A stretch of 64,000 bases of DNA, taken from the NCBI RefSeq assembly GCF_000189555.1, contig NC_017276.1; one strand, written 5' to 3'. Source of the stretch: Saccharolobus islandicus REY15A (GTDB lineage: Archaea; Thermoproteota; Thermoprotei_A; Sulfolobales; Sulfolobaceae). Shown piece after piece: positions 22,862-34,449 of this stretch (position 1 is its first letter; each line of letters starts with the position of its first letter). A program made the position numbers and the translations under genes. Below the pieces are notes generated by a model. The model saw only the letters and a list, made by a program, of their open reading frames with translations, was not told where the DNA came from and ran no database searches.

Positions 22862-23992
22862 TTATGCTTTCTTTTCTCCTCTATTTGGCATAATTATATT
22901 TTCCTTAATCATATCTTCTATTTCATTTTCTGAATACTCAAGCTCCTTTAATATATTTAAAGTATCTTCCCCTAAATCTGGTACATCTTGGTTATTCAGA
23001 CTCCCCGGTAGAGGAAGGCTAGGAATCTTAACGTTTCCAAATATATCCCATTCCACTAATTCATTACTAACTAGATCTTTTACATTATTTAGTTTACCTA
23101 TGGGTATATCATTATAGCGTAAAATGTTTATTATCTCTTCCAGTTTCATTGAGCTGAATTTCTGTTGAAGCTTTTCATGTAATATTTTTCTATTCGTAAC
23201 CCTATCCGCATTAGTTTTAAACCTTCCATCAACCAATAGATCGTCTAATCCTAATGCCTTACAAAGTTTTGTAAATTTTATATTGTCATTTACGGCTAGA
23301 TAAAATTCCTTTCCCTCAGAACTTTTGAATAGCTCGTAAGGAGCCCAGAAGGGAAGTTCGTCTTTTCCTCCTTCAAAGAGCTTACCATATTTCTGAAATG
23401 CTATGAAATAATATCCTAACCAAACTGTATTGGTTTGAATAATGTCTACCCTATAGTGTCCGGGTTTCTTCATAAGCAGTGCCCATAAAATCGTAATTAC
23501 ACAATATGTGGACGCATTCATATCGGTTATTGAAGCCGGTAGTCTAGCTTTTCCATTAGCATCCATGATTCCGCTTTCCGCTTCAATTACAGTACCAAAA
23601 GCAGGCAAGTTTTCGTATTTTCCCTTAGGATATCCCTTCACAGAGCAATATATTAAGGAAGGATTAGTTGAAAATATAACATCATCCGATAATCCTAGTC
23701 TATCCATGGCGTAAGGAGATAAGTTCTCTATCAAAACATGGGAGTTCTCTATTAGTTTTAGGAAAACTTCCCTTCCCTTATCCTTTTTTAAATCTATGGA
23801 AATGGATCTTTTACCTCTATTATTGAAGATAAACATCGAATCTCCTAAAACATCATCTGTCCTGCTTGGATCACCTAGTAGTGGTTCCACCTTTATTACC
23901 TCAAATCCTAAATGCCTCAAAATCTCTCCTGCAAATGGTACTGAAATTACATGTCCTAACTCAATAACCCTATACATAAAGCCTTTTCCCAA
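22862..23992 (-). CDS. Class III CoA-transferase (CaiB/BaiF)
   Basis: LGFEVIKVEP..GDPSR, NRGKRSISIDLK, YCSVKGY. Confidence 0.92.
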   Translation of the reverse strand: MGKGFMYRVIELGHVISVPFAGEILRHLGFEVIKVEPLLGDPSRTDDVLGDSMFIFNNRGKRSISIDLKKDKGREVFLKLIENSHVLIENLSPYAMDRLGLSDDVIFSTNPSLIYCSVKGYPKGKYENLPAFGTVIEAESGIMDANGKARLPASITDMNASTYCVITILWALLMKKPGHYRVDIIQTNTVWLGYYFIAFQKYGKLFEGGKDELPFWAPYELFKSSEGKEFYLAVNDNIKFTKLCKALGLDDLLVDGRFKTNADRVTNRKILHEKLQQKFSSMKLEEIINILRYNDIPIGKLNNVKDLVSNELVEWDIFGNVKIPSLPLPGSLNNQDVPDLGEDTLNILKELEYSENEIEDMIKENIIMPNRGEKKA

Positions 23993-24077
23993 TTTATATT
24001 TAAAAACTTAACTTGTCATCAATTTAATACTATCATAAATAATAATAGTTATATACTGGAATTGAGATAATCTTCTT

Positions 24078-25712
24078 ATGCTCGAGGTAGATTTGAGAGA
24101 AATTAGATTTCATAGTTATGATGAGCTCGTAAGAACATTCAAATGGAATATTCCATCACACTTTAATATAGGAGAATCGATATTAGACAGAAAAATTAAG
24201 GAAGGGTTAGGAGATAACATCGCAATATACTATGAAGACGAGGAAGGCAATCATTTTGCTTATACTTTCACTCAATTGAAGAATCTTAGCGATTCTTTAA
24301 TAACAATTTTAAGAGAAATAGGAGTAAAAAGAGGGGATGTCGTTGGTATTTACTTACAGCCTAGGGTGGAAACTGTAATAAGTATTTTATCGCTATATAG
24401 ACTTGGAGCAATAAGTTTGTCGATTTCACCATTAATGGGTGCAGAGTCTGTTGAATATAGAATAAGGCAAAGTGATGCCAAGGCCATAATAATTGAAGGT
24501 TCAAGAAGAGAGGTTAGACAAAAATTAAGGAATATAACTAAGATCATAGTTGCTGATAGTGCTAGAGATGAAAGTGAAATTGATTTCGATGAGGTTAAAA
24601 GGACCTCTGGAGTGTACTATGCGGTAGATACTAAGAGCGATGAACCAGCCCAGCTCTTTTATACATCTGGTAGTACTGGGGCACCAAAGGGAGTCCTTCA
24701 TGCTCACAGATTTCTGTTGGGACATATTCCAGCTTATCAGCTCTATTTTGAAATGGCACCAAAAGAAGAGGATGTATTTTACACGCCCGCGGATTGGGGT
24801 TGGATTGGAGCTATAGGTGACGTGCTATTGCCTAGCCTCTATTTTGGGAAGCCAATAGTAGCATATAGAAGGCTAGGGAAATTCTCACCTAAAGACGCAC
24901 TAGCCATAATGCAGAAATATAAAGTTACTTGTGCTTTCATCCCTCCTACTGCTTTAAGAATGATTAGAAGGGAAGTTATTAATCCAAGGAGAGATTATGA
25001 CTTAAGATTAAGGGCAATTAGTAGTGCTGGAGAGGCTGTGGGAGAGGATCTGCTTGAGTGGGCAATCAAAAAATTGTCTCCTAATGTTAATGAATTTTAT
25101 GGCTGTACAGAGGCTAATTTAGTTACCGTAAATAACTCCATGTGGCGTAAGATAGGATCTATAGGCAAAGCTACTCCTGGTCATGAGATAGCAGTCATTG
25201 ATGAAAAAGGCAATAAGGTAATAAATCAAGTGGGAGAAATAGCAGTAAGGATGGAAGACCCAGTATTGTTTCTAGGATATTACAAGAATCCAGAAGCTAC
25301 TGCCAAGAAGTTTAGGGGATACTGGTTCCTAATGGGAGATCTAGGTTTAATGGATCAAAATGGGTATATTTGGTTTAAAGGGAGAGGAGACGACGTAATA
25401 AAGGTTTCTGGATATAGATTAGGACCGGAGGAGATAGAGAGCGTAATATTACAACATTCCGCAGTTCAAGAAGTTGCGGTAATAGGTAAGCCAGATAAGT
25501 TGAGAGGAAATATAATTAAGGCATTTATAGTACTAAAGGATGGATATTCGCCATCTGATAACTTAATACAAGAAATTCAGGAATTTGTAAAAAATAGACT
25601 AGCTTTATATGCATATCCTAGAGAAATAGAATTCGTTAAGGAATTACCTAGAACCGAGACTGGTAAATTAAAGAGATTTGAGCTAAGAAAAAAAGAAGAA
25701 GAAAAAAGTTGA
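24078..25712 (+). CDS. Acyl-CoA synthetase/CoA ligase (AMP-forming)
   Basis: YTSGSTGAPKG, YGCTE, GRGDDVIKVSGYR, PRTETGK. Confidence 0.92.
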   Translation: MLEVDLREIRFHSYDELVRTFKWNIPSHFNIGESILDRKIKEGLGDNIAIYYEDEEGNHFAYTFTQLKNLSDSLITILREIGVKRGDVVGIYLQPRVETVISILSLYRLGAISLSISPLMGAESVEYRIRQSDAKAIIIEGSRREVRQKLRNITKIIVADSARDESEIDFDEVKRTSGVYYAVDTKSDEPAQLFYTSGSTGAPKGVLHAHRFLLGHIPAYQLYFEMAPKEEDVFYTPADWGWIGAIGDVLLPSLYFGKPIVAYRRLGKFSPKDALAIMQKYKVTCAFIPPTALRMIRREVINPRRDYDLRLRAISSAGEAVGEDLLEWAIKKLSPNVNEFYGCTEANLVTVNNSMWRKIGSIGKATPGHEIAVIDEKGNKVINQVGEIAVRMEDPVLFLGYYKNPEATAKKFRGYWFLMGDLGLMDQNGYIWFKGRGDDVIKVSGYRLGPEEIESVILQHSAVQEVAVIGKPDKLRGNIIKAFIVLKDGYSPSDNLIQEIQEFVKNRLALYAYPREIEFVKELPRTETGKLKRFELRKKEEEKS

Positions 25713-25717
25713 CTTTT

Positions 25718-27007
25718 TCAACTAAGTTGCATTCCCACTTTATCCTGGGGCGATAGTAATGCAGCTATTCCTCCCAATATTGAAGCAGATATATCAAAAA
25801 TTGCAATACCTAAAACTGGATTATGAAAAATTAACCCTAGCGCTGTTACTATGTACGGTGCAAAAGACGAAAGTGCTACTCCTAAATTGATTGAGAAAGC
25901 TATGTATGAATATCTCACATTAGTAGTTATGTTTTCAGATAACCAAGCAGGAAATATTGAATATTGAAATGCGAATAAAAATCCTACTAGCATACCAACT
26001 AAAATGCTTAAGATATATGAGCCGGTATAAAGCAAATTTATTATTGGATATATTAGGATACCAATTACGAATCCTATTATTGCTATTAGTATTTTTCTCA
26101 TCTTCAATACATCGCTTAAATAACCAGTCAATGGAGATAGGAATAACCATATTAAATTGGTTGCCAATACAATGTTATCTATTTCATATATCGATAAATG
26201 TGTGTAAAGTTCAAAAAACGTGGGCATATAAGCTATAATTCCGTAATATATGGATCCACTACTAAACAGCACTACAGCAGCTATTATAACCAGCTTCCAC
26301 CATTTCTTAAGAACAGTTGCAATAGGAATTTTTTCAGGTTTATCTGCTACCTTAGTTAGCCATTCAATACTTTCCCCAACCTTCCATCTTACAGTTAAAG
26401 CTATTATTAATGGAATAATACCAAACCAGAACATAATTCTCCAACCATATTTAGTAAAGGCAGCACCAGGAGCTAAAGATGAAGCTATTTCACTAGCAAT
26501 TACTGCAAATATTAAACCCAAGGCTGCTCCTCCTTGCTGTATACCACTCATTAATCCCCTTAAATTACTTGGAGAAAACTCATTAACTAACGTCATTCCT
26601 CCTCCCCATTCTCCTGCCAAGAAAAAGCCTTGTAATATTCGTAACAAAATCAGTAATAAGGTGGCAAGTATACCAGCTTGATTATAAGTGGGCAAAAATC
26701 CTATTAGCGTAGTTGCAATACCCATTCCAAGCAGTGAAACAAACCATATTCGCTTCCTTCCTATCTTATCTCCATAGTGTCCAAAGAATATACCTCCTAA
26801 AGGTCTAGCAAAATATCCAATAACTATAGTTAGTAAAAAAAGCAATAAGCTAGCTATTTTGCTTGAAGAAGGAAAGAATAGAGGAGATATTGTAGTTGCA
26901 ACATATAGGTAAACTACTAAATCAAATAGTTCAAATCCCCAACCCAAATTGGCTGATATGGCTACCTTTAGTGCTGTTCTCCAGTCCTTTCCTCCACTAT
27001 TTGACAT
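25718..27007 (-). CDS. MFS transporter (metabolite:H+ symporter family)
   Basis: FELFD, RPLGG..FGH.GDKIGRK, RILQGF.LAGEWGG. Confidence 0.92.
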   Translation of the reverse strand: MSNSGGKDWRTALKVAISANLGWGFELFDLVVYLYVATTISPLFFPSSSKIASLLLFLLTIVIGYFARPLGGIFFGHYGDKIGRKRIWFVSLLGMGIATTLIGFLPTYNQAGILATLLLILLRILQGFFLAGEWGGGMTLVNEFSPSNLRGLMSGIQQGGAALGLIFAVIASEIASSLAPGAAFTKYGWRIMFWFGIIPLIIALTVRWKVGESIEWLTKVADKPEKIPIATVLKKWWKLVIIAAVVLFSSGSIYYGIIAYMPTFFELYTHLSIYEIDNIVLATNLIWLFLSPLTGYLSDVLKMRKILIAIIGFVIGILIYPIINLLYTGSYILSILVGMLVGFLFAFQYSIFPAWLSENITTNVRYSYIAFSINLGVALSSFAPYIVTALGLIFHNPVLGIAIFDISASILGGIAALLSPQDKVGMQLS

Positions 27008-27139
27008 GGTAAATAAATATATTATTTTAAAATTTAAATACTTATGTTTCCCGACGAAAAACTTGAAATGGAATTCAACTGTTAAGACAAATTTATTGTG
27101 TTCACAACAATTTTAGGCAATGATGAAGTTATTCCCCTA

Positions 27140-27480
27140 AATCTTAAGCCGAAAGGTAGGTAGGGCTTTTAGGTATGAGAAGTGTGGGTTAACTCTGGAT
27201 AGACAATTGAACGCATCCCTTAATATTTTCCTCAAGACGTGCGGTAGTAATTCCACAAAGTTCTTATTCGTTTGGATATCATAAAATAAGAAGTAATAAT
27301 ACAAAAACTTACTGGGAGTACTAGGGTTTCCCCACATTCTTGATATTCCAAGGGTATGGGTTGGGGTTACCCCGCTAAAGGGGTGGAGGAGTATGTGCGG
27401 GTTTTCCCGTGACTTTGGTGAAGCCCAAGGGCTGAGGATTGATATTAAATATTATGAAATCCTATGAAGCCCAAATCCCA
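27140..27480 (+). pseudogene. tnpB: tnpB 3' remnant (ISC1316-like) with right end
   Basis: KCGLTLDRQLNASLNIFLKTCG / FPHILDIPRVWVGV...RDFGEAQGLRIDIKYYEIL*. Confidence 0.8.
27245..27323. mobile_element. 79-bp MITE (SM1-like) inserted in the tnpB remnant
   Basis: Imperfect terminal IR TAGTAATTCCACAAAGTT / TAGTACTCCCAGTAAGTT (14/18); GG on both flanks; removal rejoins TGC GGG TTT CCC (CGFP). Confidence 0.65.
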
Positions 27481-27720
27481 AATAAATAATTATGATAACA
27501 AGGAGGCCATTTTCCTCTTTAATTTATTTAGCTAGCATAGAACCAAATGATAAGGAAAAAGTGTTTTCTTCAAATTGCAAGATACAATTTTTACTTTAAA
27601 ACTTAAGAAGCGCATTTAAAAAAGAGATAAATCCTTCCATAAAGTACTTCATATATCTAATTGAAACTTTTTTAGAAAAATTTAATAGTATACTCTAACT
27701 TTTGAAATTTGGGGGATCAA

Positions 27721-30201
27721 ATGTCTTTTGGCCTTAAAATCTCTGAAGATGTATATCAAAAGTATAGTGACCTCTTCGGAGAAAAGACCATAAACGATAG
27801 GATTGTAAATGTCGAAAAACTCATTGAAGAGCTTGCAGTTGAGTTCTCGGATGAGATAAGAAGGGTTATTAATAAAAGGAGACAATGGTTAGAATCAAAA
27901 GATCCCGTGACCTCTAAGGGTGCTTTCCCATCCTTCGACGAAGTTTTTGTAGACGCTGATGGAAATAAGAGAACCTTTAGGGAAATCATTCAAGGGATGA
28001 TAGACAATTTCCTAGGAGTACAGTCGAAGCTGCGGTGGAGGTTAAATGAAAATGTACCTATACCAAAAGACGCACACCCCCTTAATAACCCGGGATTAGA
28101 AATCACTGGACCTTGGTATCCTCTAAGTAGGGCATATAATCAAATAAATTCAGACGTGGCATGTGTTATGGAAGATGAGGAAGATGCCTCACCTGCATGG
28201 TATATTCCCTTTGGTTCTGGTAAAACAACTGCTGACGTATGGGAGGGAAGAAAGAACGTAAAACTCTTTCTCTCCGGTAAGGCTCCAAATCCTTACTACG
28301 AGAAGGGGAAAACGTATAGCCTAAACAAACCTAGAGATAAGTGGCCTGTGATTTTTCACAGACTTCCTGGATTGCACCTCTTAGATTTTGACATAACGCT
28401 AAATGGTAAACCAGTACCGGCTATAATTGTTTCTGCCGTCATATATACCCTAAATAATTACAATAGCCTAAAGAGCGCAGGCTCTGGGGTATATTTCTAT
28501 CTGCCTAAAACACAGACACCGGATGAGGCATTGGTAATAGAAAAGATCTTGAGAAGAATTGAGTCTAAACTAGGGCTTAAGATAGGTACACTTAAGATCG
28601 CTCTCCTTTACGAAGAGGTTAATGCGGGAAGATTTTTCCCTATAATACTGTGGATATTTCGTGAGAGGCTCATTAAATCAAATAACGGTAGATGGGACTA
28701 CTTGGGAAGTTTAATTGAGATGTGGTTACAAGAGAAAGTACTTCCCGATCCCCAAAACATTACCATGACCTCACCAAACATGATGGCTTATCAAAAGTAT
28801 AACGCACTTATGATGCTATTGGCTGGGGCAAAGAATGGTGAAGCCGATTCAGCTCCAGTAGGTGGTATGGCAGCAGTAATGCTTTATCCTCAAACTGATC
28901 CGTTCGGGAGAAATAGATACAACTTAAAGGCATTAAGGGGAATGAAGTTAGATAAGTTAAGAGAGAGGCTAATAGGGCTTATTTTTGTAGCAGAGGATAA
29001 AGTTGAAGGTAAAGTTACTTTAGAGGAGGTAATTAATGGCAAAGTAAAGGGTAAACTTTATGATATGTTTAGACAGAGTTGGGTTGCAACCAAGGAAGAG
29101 GCTTACGTAGAAGCGGGAAGTAAACCCTTAAGGGTAAGCCTAGAGGAATTGCAGAAAATAATTGATGCACCAGTTAACTATATTGAAGTAGAGGGAACCA
29201 AATTACCTACTGTGGATAGTGGACTAACACCAGAGGAAAGAGCATTATTCCAAAAACTCGGTCTAATTAATGAAAGAGGAAAAATAACACCTTGGGTTAT
29301 AACTAAGGAAATGATTAACACTCCCGAAAAGTTACTATTTAATAAGGAATTATGGGGTGGAAAAGACCTATGGCATTCGTTATATGACATCCCGGAGGGG
29401 GACATTACACCAGAGCACGTTCAACACGCATTCTATATGGCAGCAAATTATGGTTTCCAATTGCTTAATGGTAACTTAGCAGCAGCAATAGATGATTATG
29501 AATTAAAGCAAAGATTCATGAATGATCTAGCTACCTATAGAATATTCACTTCTTGGCTATGGAGTGTGATAAATAGAGACGCTAGCTTCACAAAGGATGG
29601 ATATATTAAGGGACCAAAGCTAACTAAGGACGGTGTAATTCCAGCTGAAGATGTTCTAAAGGTTACAAAGGGGACTAAGATAAAGGACATATTCGAGAAG
29701 TTATGGGAGTTACACTTAGATTGGACATATGAGTTTTACAAAGAACAAGATATGAGAGCAGCTAGGAAAATAGCGGAAACCTTTGGAAAGACAAATAGTA
29801 CTTCCACAGTGGAAGAGGTATATAAGGTAGTTTCCGAGGCTTATAGGTCAGGTCCGTTTAGAGAAATGTCGGCTAAAGAAGCTGCACAGAAGTTGGCAAA
29901 AATTCTTAACGCTGACGCCTCTGAGATCGAGGAAGAGCTTATTAATTTAGCCCCAAGGTTTGACAGAGCTATGGCTCCAGTAATAATGGAAATTTTAATG
30001 AAACAGATGCTATATCCCAAGTACATTATGAATAGTGGGAAGATTCTCTTCATACTATCGCCGTTAGATCCAGAGAGGAGGTCAAAGGTCATGGATAGTA
30101 TATTCTCGTTTAGAAAAATGGTTGAAGATAAGGTAAGAAGAGGGGAACTAGATAAGTGGGTATTGGAGTTATATGACTACGTTTATGATAATTACTGGTA
30201 A
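27721..30201 (+). CDS. aceB: Malate synthase (large Sulfolobales type)
   Basis: EDEEDASP, NNGRWDYLGS, PVGGMAA, MNDLATYRI; adjacent to isocitrate lyase. Confidence 0.9.
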   Translation: MSFGLKISEDVYQKYSDLFGEKTINDRIVNVEKLIEELAVEFSDEIRRVINKRRQWLESKDPVTSKGAFPSFDEVFVDADGNKRTFREIIQGMIDNFLGVQSKLRWRLNENVPIPKDAHPLNNPGLEITGPWYPLSRAYNQINSDVACVMEDEEDASPAWYIPFGSGKTTADVWEGRKNVKLFLSGKAPNPYYEKGKTYSLNKPRDKWPVIFHRLPGLHLLDFDITLNGKPVPAIIVSAVIYTLNNYNSLKSAGSGVYFYLPKTQTPDEALVIEKILRRIESKLGLKIGTLKIALLYEEVNAGRFFPIILWIFRERLIKSNNGRWDYLGSLIEMWLQEKVLPDPQNITMTSPNMMAYQKYNALMMLLAGAKNGEADSAPVGGMAAVMLYPQTDPFGRNRYNLKALRGMKLDKLRERLIGLIFVAEDKVEGKVTLEEVINGKVKGKLYDMFRQSWVATKEEAYVEAGSKPLRVSLEELQKIIDAPVNYIEVEGTKLPTVDSGLTPEERALFQKLGLINERGKITPWVITKEMINTPEKLLFNKELWGGKDLWHSLYDIPEGDITPEHVQHAFYMAANYGFQLLNGNLAAAIDDYELKQRFMNDLATYRIFTSWLWSVINRDASFTKDGYIKGPKLTKDGVIPAEDVLKVTKGTKIKDIFEKLWELHLDWTYEFYKEQDMRAARKIAETFGKTNSTSTVEEVYKVVSEAYRSGPFREMSAKEAAQKLAKILNADASEIEEELINLAPRFDRAMAPVIMEILMKQMLYPKYIMNSGKILFILSPLDPERRSKVMDSIFSFRKMVEDKVRRGELDKWVLELYDYVYDNYW

Positions 30202-30657
30202 TCAGTTTATTTTTCTTTTTTCCCTTACTTTTTAAAGTAAATACACTTTTTAGTAAAGTTTGGAATCTATATAAGGCTACCTTAATGCATTACTTCTTGT
30301 TTGAATACTTTTTATTATCTCTAATTTTATGTTAATGAAATTCATAAGTTAAGACTGACTCACGTCAGGATTTTAAGTCAGTTAAAAACTGTTTAATTTC
30401 TACAATTAAGAGTAAAGAAAATTCTAATAATGACGTTAAAAATTTCATCCTAATTTCCGTTTTTAGGACGTACTAAAAAATTTATTTTCTAACAATATTA
30501 CATAGAAACGTAGACTATGAATCCCTTTTAATATGAAAACTTTTTAGGTTATATCATGAGATTAGTAAAATATCTTTAAATAAGATACGTGAGAATATAT
30601 ACCCTTAACGTTAAAGTTTATATATTAAAATATGTGTATATAGATTAGGATATAAAA

Positions 30658-31971
30658 ATGAACATCCGAGATAAATGGAGTGAAGAGGAAAAAAGACTTG
30701 AATACGAGTGGTCCGAAGATCCAAGGTGGAAAGGAATAAAGAGAAATTATAAGCCCTCGGATGTGGTAAAATTAAGGGGATCTATCAGAATTGAGTATAG
30801 TATAGCTAAATTAGCCTCACATAAACTTTGGAACTTGCTAAATACTGAGCCCTATATAGCAACATTTGGGGCATTAACGGGTTCCCAAGCAGTTGAAATG
30901 GCAAAAGCGGGCCTTAAAGCAATTTACGTAAGTGGATGGCAAGTAGCTGCTGATAACAATTTATCAAATCAAACTTATCCAGACTTGAGCTTATATCCAT
31001 CTAACAGTGTTCCAAACTTAGTAAAGAGGTTAAATAACGCTCTTTTAAGGGCTGACCAAATATCTTGGAGTGAGGGTAAACGCGATATCGATTACTTACT
31101 GCCTATTGTTGCAGATGCTGAAGCTGGTTTCGGTGGTCCAATTCACGCTTTCGAACTAACAAAAGCCTTAATAGAGGCAGGGGCTGCGGGCGTACATTTT
31201 GAAGATCAATTAGCAGCGGAGAAAAAATGTGGACATTTAGGAGGAAAAGTTCTAATTCCAATAAGTGCATTTATAAGAGTACTAAACGCTGCAAGACTAG
31301 CATCTGACGTATTAGGAGTACCCACAATACTAATAGCAAGGACAGACGCACTAAATGCGAAATACTTATCTAACGATGTAGATGAGACTGATAATCAATT
31401 TTTAACTGGAAAAAGAACATCAGAGGGATATTATGAGATTAGGGGAGGTATCGAATACGCTATTGCCAGAGGATTAGCTTATGCACCCTATGCGGACCTA
31501 TTATGGTTTGAGACTTCTAAGCCAGATTTGGGAGAGGCTAGACAATTTGCAGAGGCTATCCACACTCATTACCCCGGTAAGTTGTTAGCGTATAACCTAT
31601 CCCCCTCATTTAACTGGAAGAAATTTATGGATGATTCCAAAATCAGTAGGTTCATGAACGAATTAGGAGAAATGGGCTATAAATTCCAATTCATAACCCT
31701 TGCAGGTTGGCACTTAATTAACTACCATACATTCAAATTGGCGAGAGCATATAGAAACGAAGGAATGCCAGCATATGTAAGACTACAGGAGTCAGAGTTC
31801 CAGGCTCAAGCAGAAGGATATACGGCCGTAAGTCATCAGAGAGAGGTTGGAACAGATTACTTCGACCTAGTGTTAACAATAGCATCTGGGGGAGAAGCGT
31901 CCACTACTGCAATGGAAGGTTCTACTGAAGCTGAACAGTTTGTAGAGGCAAAACAGAAAGTATTGAAATAA
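30658..31971 (+). CDS. aceA: Isocitrate lyase
   Basis: KKCGHLGGK signature, [12 protein letters not shown]. Confidence 0.97.
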   Translation: MNIRDKWSEEEKRLEYEWSEDPRWKGIKRNYKPSDVVKLRGSIRIEYSIAKLASHKLWNLLNTEPYIATFGALTGSQAVEMAKAGLKAIYVSGWQVAADNNLSNQTYPDLSLYPSNSVPNLVKRLNNALLRADQISWSEGKRDIDYLLPIVADAEAGFGGPIHAFELTKALIEAGAAGVHFEDQLAAEKKCGHLGGKVLIPISAFIRVLNAARLASDVLGVPTILIARTDALNAKYLSNDVDETDNQFLTGKRTSEGYYEIRGGIEYAIARGLAYAPYADLLWFETSKPDLGEARQFAEAIHTHYPGKLLAYNLSPSFNWKKFMDDSKISRFMNELGEMGYKFQFITLAGWHLINYHTFKLARAYRNEGMPAYVRLQESEFQAQAEGYTAVSHQREVGTDYFDLVLTIASGGEASTTAMEGSTEAEQFVEAKQKVLK

Positions 31972-32781
31972 AAGGTTAGATAAGAGGTCTTCCACACATA
32001 TTAACTTAATTAACATTTTTATTTTAAAATATAGAATTATCTTAGTTATATGCATATATTTACATAATGGAATGTATTATAAGGTATATAAATTAGGGAT
32101 TTGGGTTTCATCTTTTCATGAAATCACACTTAATCCCTTACCCTTAAATAAAAATTAAAATTGAATTTAGACTTTAGTTTCTTCTCGCCTAAGGTCTATA
32201 TCTTTAGGCTCTCTTAATATCAGAATTCCTAACCTGTTATAATTTTACTATAAGATATCGATAGGATAACTATAGTCTTTTTCTTAGTAAATGCGAATGG
32301 GAAATGACATTTGCTAATACGAAATATATCTTGTTGCTTCCATTAACTCACTCATTTTAACATCTTAAGTTAAAACGAGCCCTTTTACTCCTTTGCAACT
32401 ATTATGAAAAAGACTATAAGAGTATTTCGCACTTTTAAACTTTTAGAGTATACTCCAAAACTAATTGAGCGAACAAGTTCCATTCAGTAAGTCTAAAAGT
32501 GTTAAATATTCTTTAATAGGTATTGTCAAAGTTTCGCTTTTTTTGCCATGCTAATACAACGGCAGTAACTTGATTGTAGCTTACGGTTATTCGCTTAAGA
32601 GTGAGAGAGAGGCTGGGGCTCCGGGTATTGGGGTATGAGTTTGAGAATAACGTTGAAATAAATATTAATTGCTGAAAAATTCTCCTTATGTCGTATCATA
32701 CTTATGAAACAAATTGAAGATATCAACAAAGCAGCTAGTTAAGATAAAAACTTATATTGGTATACCTATATAATATATCAT

Positions 32782-33027
32782 ATGTCAGTAGTAATAACGA
32801 TTAAAGTGGACAAGCGTATTTCAGAATTAATAGAAAAGATGATAAGTTTAGGCATTGCTAAAACCAAAAACGAGGCCGTAAACTTGCTAATAGAGTATGG
32901 TAGAAATGAGATCGAGAAATGGATAAACAAAGAGGAGAAAGTTGAGGAACTGATAAATAAGTGGCTTAAGGATGGTTTCCCATATAAGGGTTTAGACACG
33001 TCAGATTTAAGGGAAGAAAGAGTATGA
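32782..33027 (+). CDS. vapB: VapB-type antitoxin (RHH)
   Basis: Small RHH-like ORF overlapping a PIN gene (ATGA). Confidence 0.75.
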   Translation: MSVVITIKVDKRISELIEKMISLGIAKTKNEAVNLLIEYGRNEIEKWINKEEKVEELINKWLKDGFPYKGLDTSDLREERV

Positions 33028-33437
33028 GCGTATTTGTTGATACTAACGTCATAATTTCTTTTGTGGAACAAGATGTGAACTATAACAAGGCCTTAAAAAT
33101 TAGGGAAATTAACGATCTAATGACATCAGAGGTTACAGTACTGGAGCTGTATTCCTTTTTCTCAAGAAAGTTAAAGGACGAAATTCTGGCAGAAGCCTCA
33201 ACAAAATACGCACTTAAAGCCACTAACGTTAAGGTTGTCGAACTAGATATGAACAAGCTGTTTAGAAAGTCATTAGAGCTCTCCACTAAATTGCAACTAA
33301 AGACACTAGATGTTCTTCAGATATCTTCAGCTCTATTACTTAATGCGAAATCTTTTATCACTTTCGATAAGGACATATTGAAAAAGAGAGATCTCATAGA
33401 AAAAATTGTTAAGATATCTGTTTCTGAGCTATGGTAG
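33024..33437 (+). CDS. vapC: VapC PIN-domain toxin
   Basis: VFVDTNV, E, LKTLD, ITFDK. Confidence 0.9.
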   Translation: MSVFVDTNVIISFVEQDVNYNKALKIREINDLMTSEVTVLELYSFFSRKLKDEILAEASTKYALKATNVKVVELDMNKLFRKSLELSTKLQLKTLDVLQISSALLLNAKSFITFDKDILKKRDLIEKIVKISVSELW

Positions 33438-33580
33438 CAGAGTAGTATCTAGCGGTACTTGACTCCTTGTACAAACTTTTGGGAGAGAAAGTTGATCTCT
33501 AAATTTGTGGCTTAATGATGACATTGTCTCCAGACTGGTAGTAACAATGCTTTATATCTAAAGCTTGTAAGGGATTAAAT

Positions 33581-34318
33581 ATGAAGTGTAAGATACCTTT
33601 CGTCGAATTGCCAAACAGTTTTCCCAAACCTGATGTAGACGTTTACAGGGTATTGGAGGAGGATGGGAAATATTATATTAGACTTGAACTGGATGGGAGG
33701 CCAATATATCTAACCTTCAGTGCCAATGAAATAGTCTTGCACTCCAAGGAATTGTACGAAATGGTCTCAAGGGAGGAGATTGATGATTGTTCCCCGTTGG
33801 GAATTTTAGACGAAATCTTCTATATTATTTTATATCAATTGGGTACTAAGAGAACTCAACTCTTCTTAGAATTCGATAACCTTTTCGATCTCATAACATC
33901 TGGGAAGATAAAGGACTCAAAACGTATAATACTGTTAAGGAAAAGGATACTGGCGAATTATTCCGATTCAACGGTAATATACTACGTTAGCAGAAGGTTA
34001 AGCAAATTCCTCTCAGCTGAGAGCATAGAGGACGTTAAGTTTAATTACGAAAGGGCCGAGTTGCTAGTCACCAGATCTGGTGATTTATACAACATCTATC
34101 TCACAGAAATCCAAAACGACTTAAACGAGATAATCAAAAAGCTTACTTCAATATCGTTCATATTTATGCCCATAACGGCAATTGCAAGCATTTATGCAGT
34201 TGACTACACAAATGTATATAATACACTCATAAACTGGCAGAGCTTGATCTTTTTATCTCCCGTTTTAATATTAACAGTTCTTCTAGTAATTTATTTGAGG
34301 AGGATAAAATGGTTGTGA
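33581..34318 (+). CDS. CorA-family Mg2+/Co2+ transporter-like protein
   Basis: Acidic soluble domain, then LTSISFIFMPITAIASIYAV (degenerate YGMN) and a second TM segment. Confidence 0.75.
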   Translation: MKCKIPFVELPNSFPKPDVDVYRVLEEDGKYYIRLELDGRPIYLTFSANEIVLHSKELYEMVSREEIDDCSPLGILDEIFYIILYQLGTKRTQLFLEFDNLFDLITSGKIKDSKRIILLRKRILANYSDSTVIYYVSRRLSKFLSAESIEDVKFNYERAELLVTRSGDLYNIYLTEIQNDLNEIIKKLTSISFIFMPITAIASIYAVDYTNVYNTLINWQSLIFLSPVLILTVLLVIYLRRIKWL

Positions 34319-34449
34319 AAATTTCTAAAGGCCTATGTTGATAACAACCACTTCAACCATGGTATAGCCTTAATTCCCCTTTCCAATTCCCCTTCATAAT
34401 CCCAGGTAATACTCTCTTCGGCTATTAAAACCTATATAGGCGGGGTAGT

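Noticed and set aside
30350-30400. Palindromes CTGACTCACGTCAG and nearby GTCAGTT between aceB and aceA
   Set aside because: Single short instance; cannot be distinguished from chance without a motif search
32590-32745. G-rich patch and a segment reminiscent of a Sulfolobus IS110-type end
   Set aside because: Only vague recall; no second copy, IR or transposase in the window
33505-33545. Possible C/D box sRNA (ATGATGA)
   Set aside because: No D box (CTGA) at a suitable distance
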